Shown: positions 50,161-60,698 of the stretch, in pieces
Layout of the letters: each line of letters opens with the position of its first letter
Numbering within the stretch: the stretch's first letter is position 1
Origin: Camelus dromedarius
Lineage: Eukaryota
Assembly: GCF_036321535.1 (NCBI RefSeq)
Contig: NC_087436.1
Location: forward strand, 119,972,001 to 120,036,000
Length of the DNA: 64,000 nucleotides
Direction: 5' to 3'
Program-made: the position numbers and the translations under genes
Notes under the pieces: model-generated
Seen by the model: the letters and a program-made list of their open reading frames with translations, nothing else
Told to the model about the DNA's origin: nothing
The model's database searches: none

Positions 50161-50612
50161 GGCTCTGACAGTCATCTTGAAGTGAGCCATGCAGGGTTCT
50201 GATCGGCGTCATCTTGTTCATTTTAAGCCCAGCTCCAGGGTCGGTTTGTTCCCATTTCCTTGAGGCCAGTTCTCCGAATTGTGGCAGCTTCTGTCACGGC
50301 TACAGTCTGGTCATCTTGTAGTTAATTTCTTCCACCAGGTGGGGGTTTCAGGCCCTACAGGACAGCTCAAAGGAGAAGGCTCAGGGCGTGATCTATAGCC
50401 CTTGAGAGGGAGCTAAAGGTCCTCGACTTTGTTTAATGACTAAACTATTATTTTGTTTTGCTTAACTCTTTCCCTTTGTTCCTGTATTTTCTTATTTCTC
50501 TGATTAAACTTACTCTTTGACTAAAGTTTTTCTACAGACAAGAGTCCAGCAGAGCACATGTTGGGTGGGGAGCCTGTCCTGGGAAGGCCCCGCAGGGTCC
50601 TGCTCCGTCTCA
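50161..50612 (-). mobile_element. ERV1-type LTR (resembles cetartiodactyl MER41-like LTRs), truncated by the adjacent L1
   Basis: Minus strand begins TGAGACGGAGCAGGACCCTGCGGGGCCTTCCCAGGACAG and continues ...tgtagaaaaactttagtcaaagag...tagtttagtcattaaacaaagtcgaggacctttag, matching recalled bovine/porcine MER41-like LTRs. Confidence 0.7.
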
Positions 50613-50725
50613 TGTGCAGGCAGCCTCAGCGCCAACTGCTGTCGGGGTGCAGTGAGGCCATGCACCCAGAGCTCCGAGCAAGGGCTGGCCCGGGTCGCAC
50701 CACCCTTCTTGTACCTCTGTCCCAG

Positions 50726-50872
50726 GTCCGAGGGGTGAAAGGAGTCTTCCTGGCAAACCGAAAAGTCGACGGAAAGGTGGTGACGCTTATAACCTACAAC
50801 AAAGGCCGAGACTGGGACTACCTGAGGCCGCCCAGCACGGACATGAATGGAAAACCCACCAGCTGCAAGCCA
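50726..50872 (+). CDS. SORCS2: SORCS2 coding exon (~exon 10), 147 nt: VRGVKGVFLANRKVDGKVVTLITYNKGRDWDYLRPPSTDMNGKPTSCKP
   Basis: Acceptor ctctgtcccag|GTC, donor CCA|gtaagt, phase 0/0; Asp-box-like TYNKGRDW. Confidence 0.96.
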
Positions 50873-53186
50873 GTAAGTGTCCTGCCCGCTTTGCACGCCT
50901 CCCCCGGGGTGGGCACTAGACGTTACTGCAGGACCTGCGGGTCAGAGGTGCTGACATCTGAGAAGGACCATCTGGGAAACACGAACCTCCTGTTTCTCTG
51001 GGCGTGGCGGAGAGGGTCGTGTGAAACGCCGTCCTTTACAGGAGGCTTAACTGGCGGTCAGAGGGGGAGTGTATCACTCAGCTCCTGACGCAACAGTGCT
51101 GTGTAACAAACCACCCCAAACAATAATCGCTGTCCTGCAGCTCTGTGAGAGGCTGGGCTCGCTCGTGCATGTGGCTGGTCAGTTTCGGAGGGGATCTGTG
51201 TGAGTGTAGGTGCCCGGTGTCTTGGCTGCCTGGAGGGTGGGAGGGCTGAATTACCCTTTCCTTTTTCATTCAGCAAAGTCCTGCTGATAACTGAAAACCC
51301 TGCCTACGTGTCCCCTCCACTGAGAAGCCTTCACAGGGCACACTTGCTTTTGTTTCCTACTGGTCTCACAGTCCAGGGCCTTGCTCTGGGGATGGCCAAC
51401 CCCATGCCTTGCTCTGACTCTGTAAATAGAATAATGGTGCCTATCTTACAGGGATGTTCATTCAACAGACATGTAAGGGTACCTACTATGTGCGAGGTGC
51501 TGTTCTGGGTGTTTGGATACATCAACACACAGAACAGCAGAGAATCCTGCCCCTGTGGGGTCTGCCTGGGTCTCTGCAGGGCCCCTGAGGGTGGCAGGTG
51601 CCCTTCCTTGCCGGCCCCTGACTACCCACCTAGGGTCAAGGTGGGGCTCTGTGCCCTCCAGGCAGAGCCTGAGCAGGGACGGCCCCTTGCTCCCAGACTT
51701 CACCAACCAGGGGCCTGTGCTCGGCCTCCACGGAAGCCCCCCTCCGTCTAATAACAGAGGGTGATAGCACCTGCCGACCTACGGGGAGGATAAATCACCT
51801 GCTGCCTGTAAAAGCTCTTCTGAGAAGAGAATCGCTGTGAAAGGGCTAATTTTTGTATCATCATCGACAAAGTTAAGCCATATTAATCTGTCAAAGCAAG
51901 TTTTTGCTAAGAATAGATTCTTGTCTGCAATTACGCAGCTCAGCGAGGAGATAACCTTTCAAGATTTATGTCCCGGCCTTGAAATAATAAAAGTAGGAGC
52001 CACCTGGTGGGTGTGTGGCCGTAGGCAGGCACACGGAGAGCCCGATGGTCACAGGGGAGCGAGGACAGGTGCGCGGGACACCCAACAGGGCACCAAAAGC
52101 AGAAATCGCAGCCTTGGCTGGGAGGCTGTTTCCCTGTGTGTGTGGCCCTGGCAGCGGGGGCGGGGGGTGTGCAGGGTGGGGCAGGCAAGGTCACTCTTCT
52201 CTGACTGTCCTCCCCCGGCCCCGCATCCTCCCAAGGCACAGGGCAGACGACACTTGACGGTTGATTTCTCATGAGAAAATATGATTCCTGCTTATTGCAG
52301 AATACTTGGAAAATGCAGAAATGTATCAACAGAGCAGCGAGGTATCGCTGTACCCACGTCACCCGGAAGCAGCAGCAGTCGGGCGTTCTTCAGGCCCCAC
52401 TGACTTTCGTTCACGTTAAAAAGTCCTCCGTGGGAGTCCTGACACCTGTGCGATTTCCGAGTCTTCTGTTTCCCTTTCCTCTGGGTCATGCAGGGCTTCC
52501 CAGGCCATTCGGCCAGCCCTCCGGCTGGGGCGGCTTCCTGCCAGTGAGGGCGCGAAGGGAGGGTTTACTGGCTAAGCGGATTAGACCTGTTTTCACAGGA
52601 TGAATCGCTCTTGGAAGATGGTTTTGTGTCTGTTGGCATCTGAATTCAGAAAGGAAATCCATTCATTTTCCTGCCTATGGTCAACTCTTCTCAGACACGA
52701 GACTGAGCCATGAAGTGGGGTGTCCGGGCGGCGGGTGGCCTCGCTCACGCCAGCCAGCAGCATGGTCCACTGGCCATCTGACTGTGTTTGATGGATGCTT
52801 CTGTAGGGCACCTGCAGCTCCTGCTTGGAGAAGGGCCGAGAAGGCGGAGCTTCGGGACAGCGTGGCCTCCCTGCTCGGCCCACGTCACACCCACCCAAGC
52901 CGGGCCAGTACCCAAACCCTCCCCAGGCGTTCAGCACCGACTCCCCTGGCACCAGCCTGCCCTGGGGTCTTCCCACTCTTCGGGGGCCCCTCCGTGTCTG
53001 ACTGTGCACCCCGAGAGCAGCCTGGCCCTCACTGCTCCCCGTCCCATCACATGAGCAGGTGCTGAGTGCTTGGGGGTCAGCCCCTCCAGGTCTGCCCGGC
53101 CTGCCCTGCCTTCTATCAGCCCGGCCAAGACTCTGCTGGGGGCGTTTGTAAGGCCTTGTGCCCACCTGTCAGACACCAGCAGAGCG

Positions 53187-53391
53187 CTGGGTGCCCCACA
53201 CACAGCACCACCCCCAGGTCCTGGACAAATGTATGAATGCCAAATGCGCAAAGCTCGCCAGCACCCTTGGTTTAAAGCCCTGGCATTTTTTAATAATGTG
53301 CCAAGAAACAAGGAATTTTGAAAAGGGCAAAAGAGATTTATTGTGTTATAATATTTCTGTTTCATTGAAACAAGTGAGACATGTCTAAACT
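53187..53391 (+). repeat. Copy 1 of a ~205-bp local direct duplication (partner 60495-60698)
   Basis: Manual alignment: about 19 mismatches and 1 gap over 205 bp. Confidence 0.95.
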
Positions 53392-53868
53392 GGGCCCTGG
53401 CACAGCCGCCCTACCTTTCTGCCTCCCGCAGAGGACACAGGCCTTACGGGTGTCCCGCAGCTGCTCCCTCGTGCCCAGGCTACCGCGGTCACCCAAGAGG
53501 CCCCCAGTAAAGGTCCTGGACGGATGAATGGATGAATGTGGGCGTGGGCCGGGCAGGCTCCAGGGGTCACTTTCTGCAGCCCCGCTCTGCACTCAGGAGC
53601 CACCCTGGGGAGCTCACCCTGCCGGCACCCATGCTGGGAGGACCCTCCCTTGGAGCAGCCTCCTGGCTTCCTCCACCAGCAAAGTCACCTGGCCCAGTGG
53701 TCAGCCTCAGAGCCTCCCTCCCACCCTCCTTCCACTCCCCCGAAGCGCTCCTGGCCCTGCCTTCCCACCCAAAAAGCCACAGGAGTGGATTCAGCCTCAG
53801 TACTACTTTTCCTAAGGTCGCTGCTCCTGCCCACGTGCTGACCGTGGCTCCCTGTCTCCCCCTTGCAG

Positions 53869-53971
53869 CCGGACTGCCACCTCCACCTGCACCTGCGCTG
53901 GGCAGACAACCCCTATGTGTCGGGCACTGTGCACACCAAGGACACCGCGCCGGGCCTCATCATGGGTGCAG
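53869..53971 (+). CDS. SORCS2: SORCS2 coding exon (~exon 11), 103 nt: PDCHLHLHLRWADNPYVSGTVHTKDTAPGLIMGA(G)
   Basis: Acceptor cccccttgcag|CCG, donor CAG|gtagga, phase 0/1; VPS10 signature CxLHLH...APGLIMG. Confidence 0.96.
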
Positions 53972-54054
53972 GTAGGAGGCCGCCATTACGGTCAGATGAA
54001 CCTGCGGGGAGCTCAAGGGTAAATCGTGATGGTCGTGGGCCTGGGGCTATGGTA

Positions 54055-54073
54055 TGTCCACTAGGGGGCGGTG
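54055..54073 (+). promoter_or_regulatory. Candidate CTCF site
   Basis: TGTCCACTAGGGGGCGGTG matches the core CCASYAGRKGGCRS exactly; motif only. Confidence 0.55.
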
Positions 54074-54169
54074 ACACAGCATCTCCAGGAGCCCAGATGA
54101 CACCTCACCCTGCGGGGCGACTGCATGGCCCAGCACAGGCACGTGATACGTGCTGGCTAGACGGAAAGG

Positions 54170-54362
54170 TGAATGGATGGATGGGCGGATGAATGGATGG
54201 ATTAATGACCAACTGAAGGATGGGGGAATGGAGGAACCGGATGAATGGATGGGAGCATGGGTGAAAGGGTAGTTGGATAGTTGAAAGAATGGACAGGTAG
54301 ATGGCCAGATGGAAGGATGGATAACAAAATATGAAGGCGTACAGAGAAGGATGGATGGTGGA
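54170..54362. repeat. Degenerate (TGGA)n tract
   Basis: Repeated tgga/tgaa units. Confidence 0.8.
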
Positions 54363-57300
54363 ATAATGTGCATCACGGTGGACATTTATTGGTCCCTGAA
54401 GAGGGTTCCAGTTTAGTGGGGAGCGAGAGACACATATGCAACTAACATGAAGGAAAAAAAGAAACGTAAGTTATGGTTGTGTGTGCCTACCCCATTAAAC
54501 TAGAACCTTCTTCAGGGATCACTCAATGTCTGCCGATCGAATAAAACTTTAAAATGATGCTTATCTGCGTTAGAAGAACCATTCCCAGTAAAAGCACCTG
54601 TTTTAATAGTCCATGGCCAGGCGGCGGCTGGTGTCTGGTTTTCCTTTCCGCTCTCAGTGCCGTGAGCCCCTGCGGGGCCCAGCGCAGGCACAGCCTCTGC
54701 CAGCCCTCAGCAGCTCTGGGTCCAGGGAAGGGGCCCTGGAGACCACGGCTATGAGGGGAGGGCAGGCAGGGCTGTGTCGCCATGCTCACAGTTGTCATGG
54801 TGACCGTGTCTCCCCGCCACCCACGCCAGGCCCTGACCCTGAGAGGTCAGTTACCCCGACTTTACGGAGGTGGAAACTGGAGCCCAAGGAGAGGGAGGGG
54901 CTTGCCCCAACTTGCAAGGCTCCCCATCAGGAAGCTTGAGACCCACCCCACAGGGCTCACCGCTTCGCAGCCCCTCCAAGTCCCCCCAGGAGGGGCTGCT
55001 GTGTCCCTCCCAACCGGGCAGAAACCAAGGCTCTGGGCGGGGCTGCCTGGCCCGGCCATGCATCCAGGGTGTGGAAGGGCCAGGCTGAGGCTTTGCACAC
55101 CCAGGGTGCAGATGGGGTAGGTGGCAGCCAAGGAGACAGTGTCTCTGCCTCGTCCCAGGAAACTGGCTCACAGTTTCCTGAACCCAGGGCGCCAACCCTC
55201 CATCTGCTGCAGCACATCTGGGACACGGAGGATTTGGGTCCCGGACCCTGAACTGGACGCCACATCCGGCCCTTCAACACGTGTACCCCAGCAGGAGGCC
55301 TGGGCCTGGGGGGGCTCTTGGAGGCTGGGTATGAGAAAGTGAACGAATGAGCGGGTGAACGAATGAGTCGGTGAATGGCCACTGGAAAGCAGGAACAGTC
55401 TTCCAGGCAGAGGAGGGAGCGTGCTTTTCAGGACAACCGAGTGGCAGCCCACGAAGAGGCCAGGAGGTGGCAGCCCTGTCGGCGCCATGGGTCTCTGGTC
55501 GCAGGAGACCTTGGCGGTCAGGGTGAGGGGTCCCGACTTCATCCTGTAGAGAGGGGGCTTTCCATGGGGGAGCGGCCAGAGCAGAGGCGCTTGCGGGTAG
55601 AACCATCCAGCTTCTGAGGTTCCTCCCGTCCCCCTGTGCTCCCGATCGGGGCAGGGTCTGCCTGCGTCGGCGATGGGCGTGCACCACTGAGACGTCTCAC
55701 GTCAGCGTCGATTGCAGTGCAGCTCAGGGGCACCAGGGCCCACGCGGGGACGGGCTGGGCCCCCGCGTCGGGCACCTGCAGTCGTGTGGACCCTGTTCCC
55801 TGGGCCTGAAGGCGATGGCTTATTTAAAATGGGCTGAAACCCAAATTATGACCAAAGTACAAAAGGCACAGTTTCCAGTATTTCCACCTTGGGCATTTCA
55901 CTGGACCGTCTGAGCCTCAGCTTCCTCACCTGCAAAAAGAGGACAAACTCATAGACTGCTTTGGGGATCAGGTAGAAAGCGTGGCCTCCAGGTGTGTTTC
56001 CGCAGGTCATCCTGTCGTTCGAGCAGAGCCTGGACGCCACTGCCCTGGGGCCAGGCTCCATGCCGGGGCCCTTGTACTGGGGGCCTGTCCTCCGGTCCAG
56101 TGGACAGAAGCCAGACCCCACAGGTGGATCTAGAAGTGGAGCCATGACTCCAGTGAGGAAGGGAAAGGATGTGTTCAAGAAGCAAAGACAGGAACTCTGG
56201 CTTCTAACCGCCAGGTTCGAGAAATAGCTGTAGCGAACTCAGAAATAAGCAGGCAGATGGAGGGCGCCAGCTGGAGTGTTCCTCCTGACTGGGCGAGTCG
56301 AGGGCACAAGTCTGCAGAGGCGGGTGGTTAGGATGGGGGCGCCCCTCCCAATTCTGACTCGGACTTTTCCGAGCTCTTGATCTGGGGCGAGCACAGCACC
56401 TCTCTGGGCCTCCGTTTCTTCATCTGTGGAATGGGGATGATCGTCTCTGACTTGGGGGCACTAAGAGGTGTGATGCAGGTGGAGGTCCCTCCCCACCCTC
56501 ATGACCTATCCTGGGCCTCCACACATCACCGCCTGTTTCTCGGCTCCTCGTCCAGGCGAGAACCCTCAGGACCACACAGAGTGGAGGTGGCAGCGCTCCC
56601 TGGGCTCTGGCCCCGACAGAGTCGTGTGGCCAAGAAAGCCTTGAGGGGCCGTGGTGGGGAGCTTGGAGCACCCCAGCCCCCTCCAGACCAGGAAAGCCCC
56701 TGGGGCTCCCGGGAGACGCTGTGCCCCCTGCCCTCCTGCAGTTGTTCCTCTGGGACTCAGGGGCCCATCAACCACAGGGTAGTGTCCTGACATGAGGCTG
56801 AGGGGCCTGAGCATCACAAGAGCTGGCCTGAGTCCCACCAGCCAGGCGGGGCTCACTCGGCCACCCCGGGAGCTGGAGGCTCGGCAGCTCCCAGAGGACC
56901 AGTGGGGCTGTCCTCTCACTCCAGCTGCACCTCCAGCCACGTCTCGGTCGCTAGCAGTGCTGGGCTTGGGGGCCACGGGGTCCCAGTTTCCTCCTCCACC
57001 AAGTGTGGGCTGGGGTGGATTTTGTGTTGCTGCTTTGCTCTGTTGTGGCCCTGGGGTCTTAGCCACGTTGCAACCTGGAGGCTGAGGAAGGACAGAGAGG
57101 AAGTGCACATTCGGTGAGCACCTACTGTATACCAGGCCCTCAGAGCATGGAAGCGGGTGTGGAAGGCGGAGGCCCAAGGAGACACCACAACAGCCCGGAG
57201 GGGACACAGCAGGGAAGCCTCTCTCAGTCACATCCCCCCACGAGCCTCGGTTTCCCCATCCGTAAAGTGAGGGCACCAGCCTCTGTTTTCCTGCAGAGCC

Positions 57301-57689
57301 TCCCGCTTTGACAGCCTGTGGACGTGCTCCGTGAATTTTCCCTTATTTTCCCCCCGTGCCTGTGAGGTGACTGGCAGCCTGACAGCCTTGGTAGACGGAG
57401 CAGGGAACACAGACATCACACACTGAAATCACAGACTGCACACCTGCCTGCGAGGTTGTGCTGACCCCGCAGCCTTCGCTGCACCGCCTCCGTGTGTGAT
57501 GCGCGTGTCCCGACATCTCTGCTGGTGTCTGGAATGATGGGAAGATGAAGGGCGCCCCTTCCTTCCTCTACCTGCCCCCACCCCAGGGCAGCATTCAGTC
57601 ACTCAGCTCCCTCACTGCATTCAGCAGCCATTCCTCCGCACCTTTTGGTGACCAGAAGGGTAGAAGAGAACCCTGCCCTCCGTGCCACC

Positions 57690-58180
57690 TCCCCTGACTG
57701 ACCTCCCCTCCCACCTCCATGCCGTTGCCAAGGCCGGTCCCTCTGTCTGGCAACCCGCCCCCTTCCCTTGGCCAGTGGCGTTTGTCTTTCAAGGCACAGT
57801 GTGGAGGTCACTTCCTGCAGGAATCTCTCCTCGATTCCCCTCCTCCCCGGGGCATCAAGCTCACCTGCTCTCACAGGTCCTCGGGCATCCTGGCTCTGTG
57901 CACAATTGCAGGGCACCCTTCTCCTTCTCCAGCTGGACCAAGAGCTCCCTGGGAGCAGGCACCATGGTTACTCAGCTCAGACTCCCCACAACTTAGCACA
58001 AGGCTGGGCAGAGAGCAGGCGCTCAGCAAATGCTGATGAATAAATGCAGGAGTGGGTGAGCGGGTGGCACTGATGAGGAAGAGACAAATGTGTGGATGGA
58101 GGGGTGATGAATGGATGATGGATGGATGGATGGATAAATTAATGGAGGATGGATGATGGATGGATGGATGGATGGATAAA
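57690..58180 (+). repeat. L2 3' fragment (to ~58046) followed by (TGGA)n microsatellite (~58105-58180)
   Basis: gtctttcaaggcacag...gtcacttcctgcagga...gagctccctgggagcaggcacc...gcgctcagcaaatgctgatgaataaatg, then tgga repeats. Confidence 0.7.
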
Positions 58181-58923
58181 TGATTTGGTGGTTGGTTGGA
58201 CCTCAAAAACAGCAAGCAGGCACACAGACCCTCTGCCACTCTGCTTGAACTCCCTTTGCCTCATCTGTTTGAGGTTAATCCATCTCCGTTGGGATTTTCC
58301 AAAGACATCTAAACTGGCTCTTCATGAGATACTCCTGAGAGTACCACATGAATAAGGCTTCAAAGGGCAAGTGATGGAGACGCTGCCCAGATCAGGGGCC
58401 TCTGGGGCTCCAGGAGAGGGTCCAGAATGGCTTCCATGTCATAGCAGGTCCCCTTCATCCTGGCAGCTCAGGCCCCTGGTCCCTGCCATTGTCCCGCAGT
58501 CACAGCGGAATCTGCCAAATCGGACCCGTCAGAGAACCCTGTTGTCCGAGATCCGGCCCGGGAGGCTGTTGAGGGGGCCTGAGCCGTCCTGCAGCTGCGT
58601 CTTCAGGGCGGCTGGCGTTCTTTCTGTGGAAGTCCTTGTGGGCTCAGTCTCCTCACCTGCAAGCTGGGTTGCCTTGGGTACTGAGTGGGGGTTCTCACTC
58701 TGGAATCACCCTGGAATTAAGTCCCAGCCCCACAGAGTGGTCTTCAAGGCTGGTGACCCACCTGCTGGCCCCATGCAGTCTCCAGTGAACCAGGACCAAG
58801 GAGAAGCCTCCTGACTGCCCACCTCGCCGTCCTCCCAAACATCCCCTCAACAGATATTTAGTGAGCACCTACTGTGTGCTTACCCTGCCTCTCACCTGGA
58901 CCTGCCTCTGGCCCCCCTGCACC

Positions 58924-58942
58924 CGGCCACCAGGGGGCGACC
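58924..58942 (+). promoter_or_regulatory. Candidate CTCF site
   Basis: CGGCCACCAGGGGGCGACC is a near-consensus match to TGGCCACCAGGGGGCGCTA; motif only. Confidence 0.55.
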
Positions 58943-59071
58943 TCCAGATGTGAGCCCAGCCCTGTCCTGCCCCCGTTGACAGCTCATCAGGGGCTGCTGT
59001 GACCCTGCGCTGGCCCACCTGGCCGGGGTCCTCCTAGCCTGTAGCCTGTCCCCAACCACCTCATGACACTT

Positions 59072-59165
59072 TTCTTTTTTTTTTCTTTTTTTCCTTTGTT
59101 TTCTTTTTTTTTTTAACTGGCTTCAATTTTTTAAATTATTTTTTGAGGTATAGTCCGTTCACACC
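59072..59165 (-). mobile_element. Extremely 5'-truncated L1 insertion (poly-A tail plus terminal bases)
   Basis: T-rich run then ttttttgaggtatagtccgttcac; acactt on both flanks (59066-59071, 59166-59171) as a possible TSD. Confidence 0.5.
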
Positions 59166-59483
59166 ACACTTCTTACTCCTGAACGACACTCATCACCCGA
59201 GAGGCCCCTGAAGCCCCCAAGCTCTGTCTGCACCTGGGCTCCGCCAAGCTGTCGGAGGCTGGCTTTCTAGGGGCAAGGTTAATCCTTCACTAGGACCCAT
59301 CACAGCAGGCCCATCTTAGAAAAGGCGGGCAGAAGGGGCCAGTCGCTGGGTGGCTTTGGTGGTGGGAGACGTAGAACCAGGACACACCGGCCCTTGTGTG
59401 GGGATTTGTCTGCGCTCAGACCTTGGTAGCGGGGATTGCCGGCTGAGCCTAAGAGCAGCCTTGCCTCTCTTCTTCCGGACCAG

Positions 59484-59560
59484 GGAACCTAGGCTCCCAG
59501 CTGGTGGAATATAAAGAGGAGATGTACATCACGTCGGACTGTGGGCACACCTGGCGGCAG
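59484..59560 (+). CDS. SORCS2: SORCS2 coding exon (~exon 12), 77 nt: (G)NLGSQLVEYKEEMYITSDCGHTWRQ
   Basis: Acceptor tcttccggaccag|GG, donor CAG|gtaagg, phase 1/0; Asp-box TSDCGHTW. Translated by hand. Confidence 0.95.
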
Positions 59561-60494
59561 GTAAGGGGGCGGGGAGGGGCCTGGCGCTCTCCCCACGCTC
59601 ACCCCGCGGCACTCCTGGGAGGCTCCTCTGTTCTCTCATCCCCTCCCCGCTAAAGACACACTTCTTCCTCGTCCCCAGCCTGAGGGGCAGGACGCAGCTC
59701 CCTTCAGCAGCTATGACATCGCTGACTGTGAATAGAAAGCCCGGGCCAGGCTGGCCAGACCACCTTGCCGCTCTGGGAGCGTCTGCCCCTGGAGAATTCC
59801 AGACCTGGCGCATCTTCACACAGTCAGACAGGTTACCGAGAACGTCAGAGCAAAGGGAACACGTGCCAGGGACGGGGTGGCGGTGCTGTCCCGGCAGGAA
59901 GCCACGCGGGGACTCGGATGCCTGGCTGAGCCCTGAGCCCGGAGGCTGGGAAGTGGGGGCCGTGGACAGCCCCCAGGTTTCCAGCGGGGGCAGCTGCTGG
60001 GTGGACAGCAGAGGCATGGGAGGGAAAGAACACAGGGGAAGGGCCAGTTTCGGGGATTGGGGGGGCCGCTGTGAGTCTGGGCTGGGACTCCTGGGAGATG
60101 TCCAAGGGGTGATGATTTGATGTTCTGTGTGACCCGAGAAAAGAAAAGCAGGATGGGGGAAGACAGGAGAAAGCAGTTACGCAGGACACGGCCCCTCCAT
60201 GAGGCCGCCACAGGCAGCTCAGATTCTCGGACGGGGGGGGGGGGGGAGGGCGCGGTGCCGCTGGCGGTGGGCGTCCCTCAGGACAGGGCGGCCGTGGGAG
60301 GGGAGACCGACGGTCCAGCGCGCCCTGTGCCATCCAGGCAGCCCAGGAGCCGGACCCAGGTGCTCTGCCCCAGGCCAACTTCCTAGAGTGGCAGTTTCTA
60401 CTTAAACACTTAAGAAAATGCGCTAAATTTTTGTGTGTGTCTCCCCTTCCCCTGGTTGTAAGAAGCTCCATTTTTAGGTCAATGTTCTGCACAC

Positions 60495-60698
60495 CTGAGT
60501 GCCCCACTCACAGCCCCCCTCCCAGGTACTGGGCAAATATGTGAATCCCCAAAGCGCGAAGCTCGCCAGCACCCTTGGTTTAAAGCCCTGGCGTTTTTTA
60601 ATAATATGCAAGAAACAAGGAATTTTGAAAAGGGCAAAAGAGATTTATTGGGTTATAATATTTCTGTTTCACTGAAACTAGTGAAACATGTCTAAACT
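60495..60698 (+). repeat. Copy 2 of the ~205-bp local direct duplication (partner 53187-53391)
   Basis: Same alignment; this copy sits within a longer AT-rich block (~60400-60880). Confidence 0.95.

Noticed and set aside
53972..54545. Read-through of exon 11 to TGA 54190-54192 with AATAAA at 54540-54545 as an intronic-polyadenylation isoform
   Set aside because: The extension ends in a TGGA repeat, and a lone AATAAA is weak evidence without 3'-end data.
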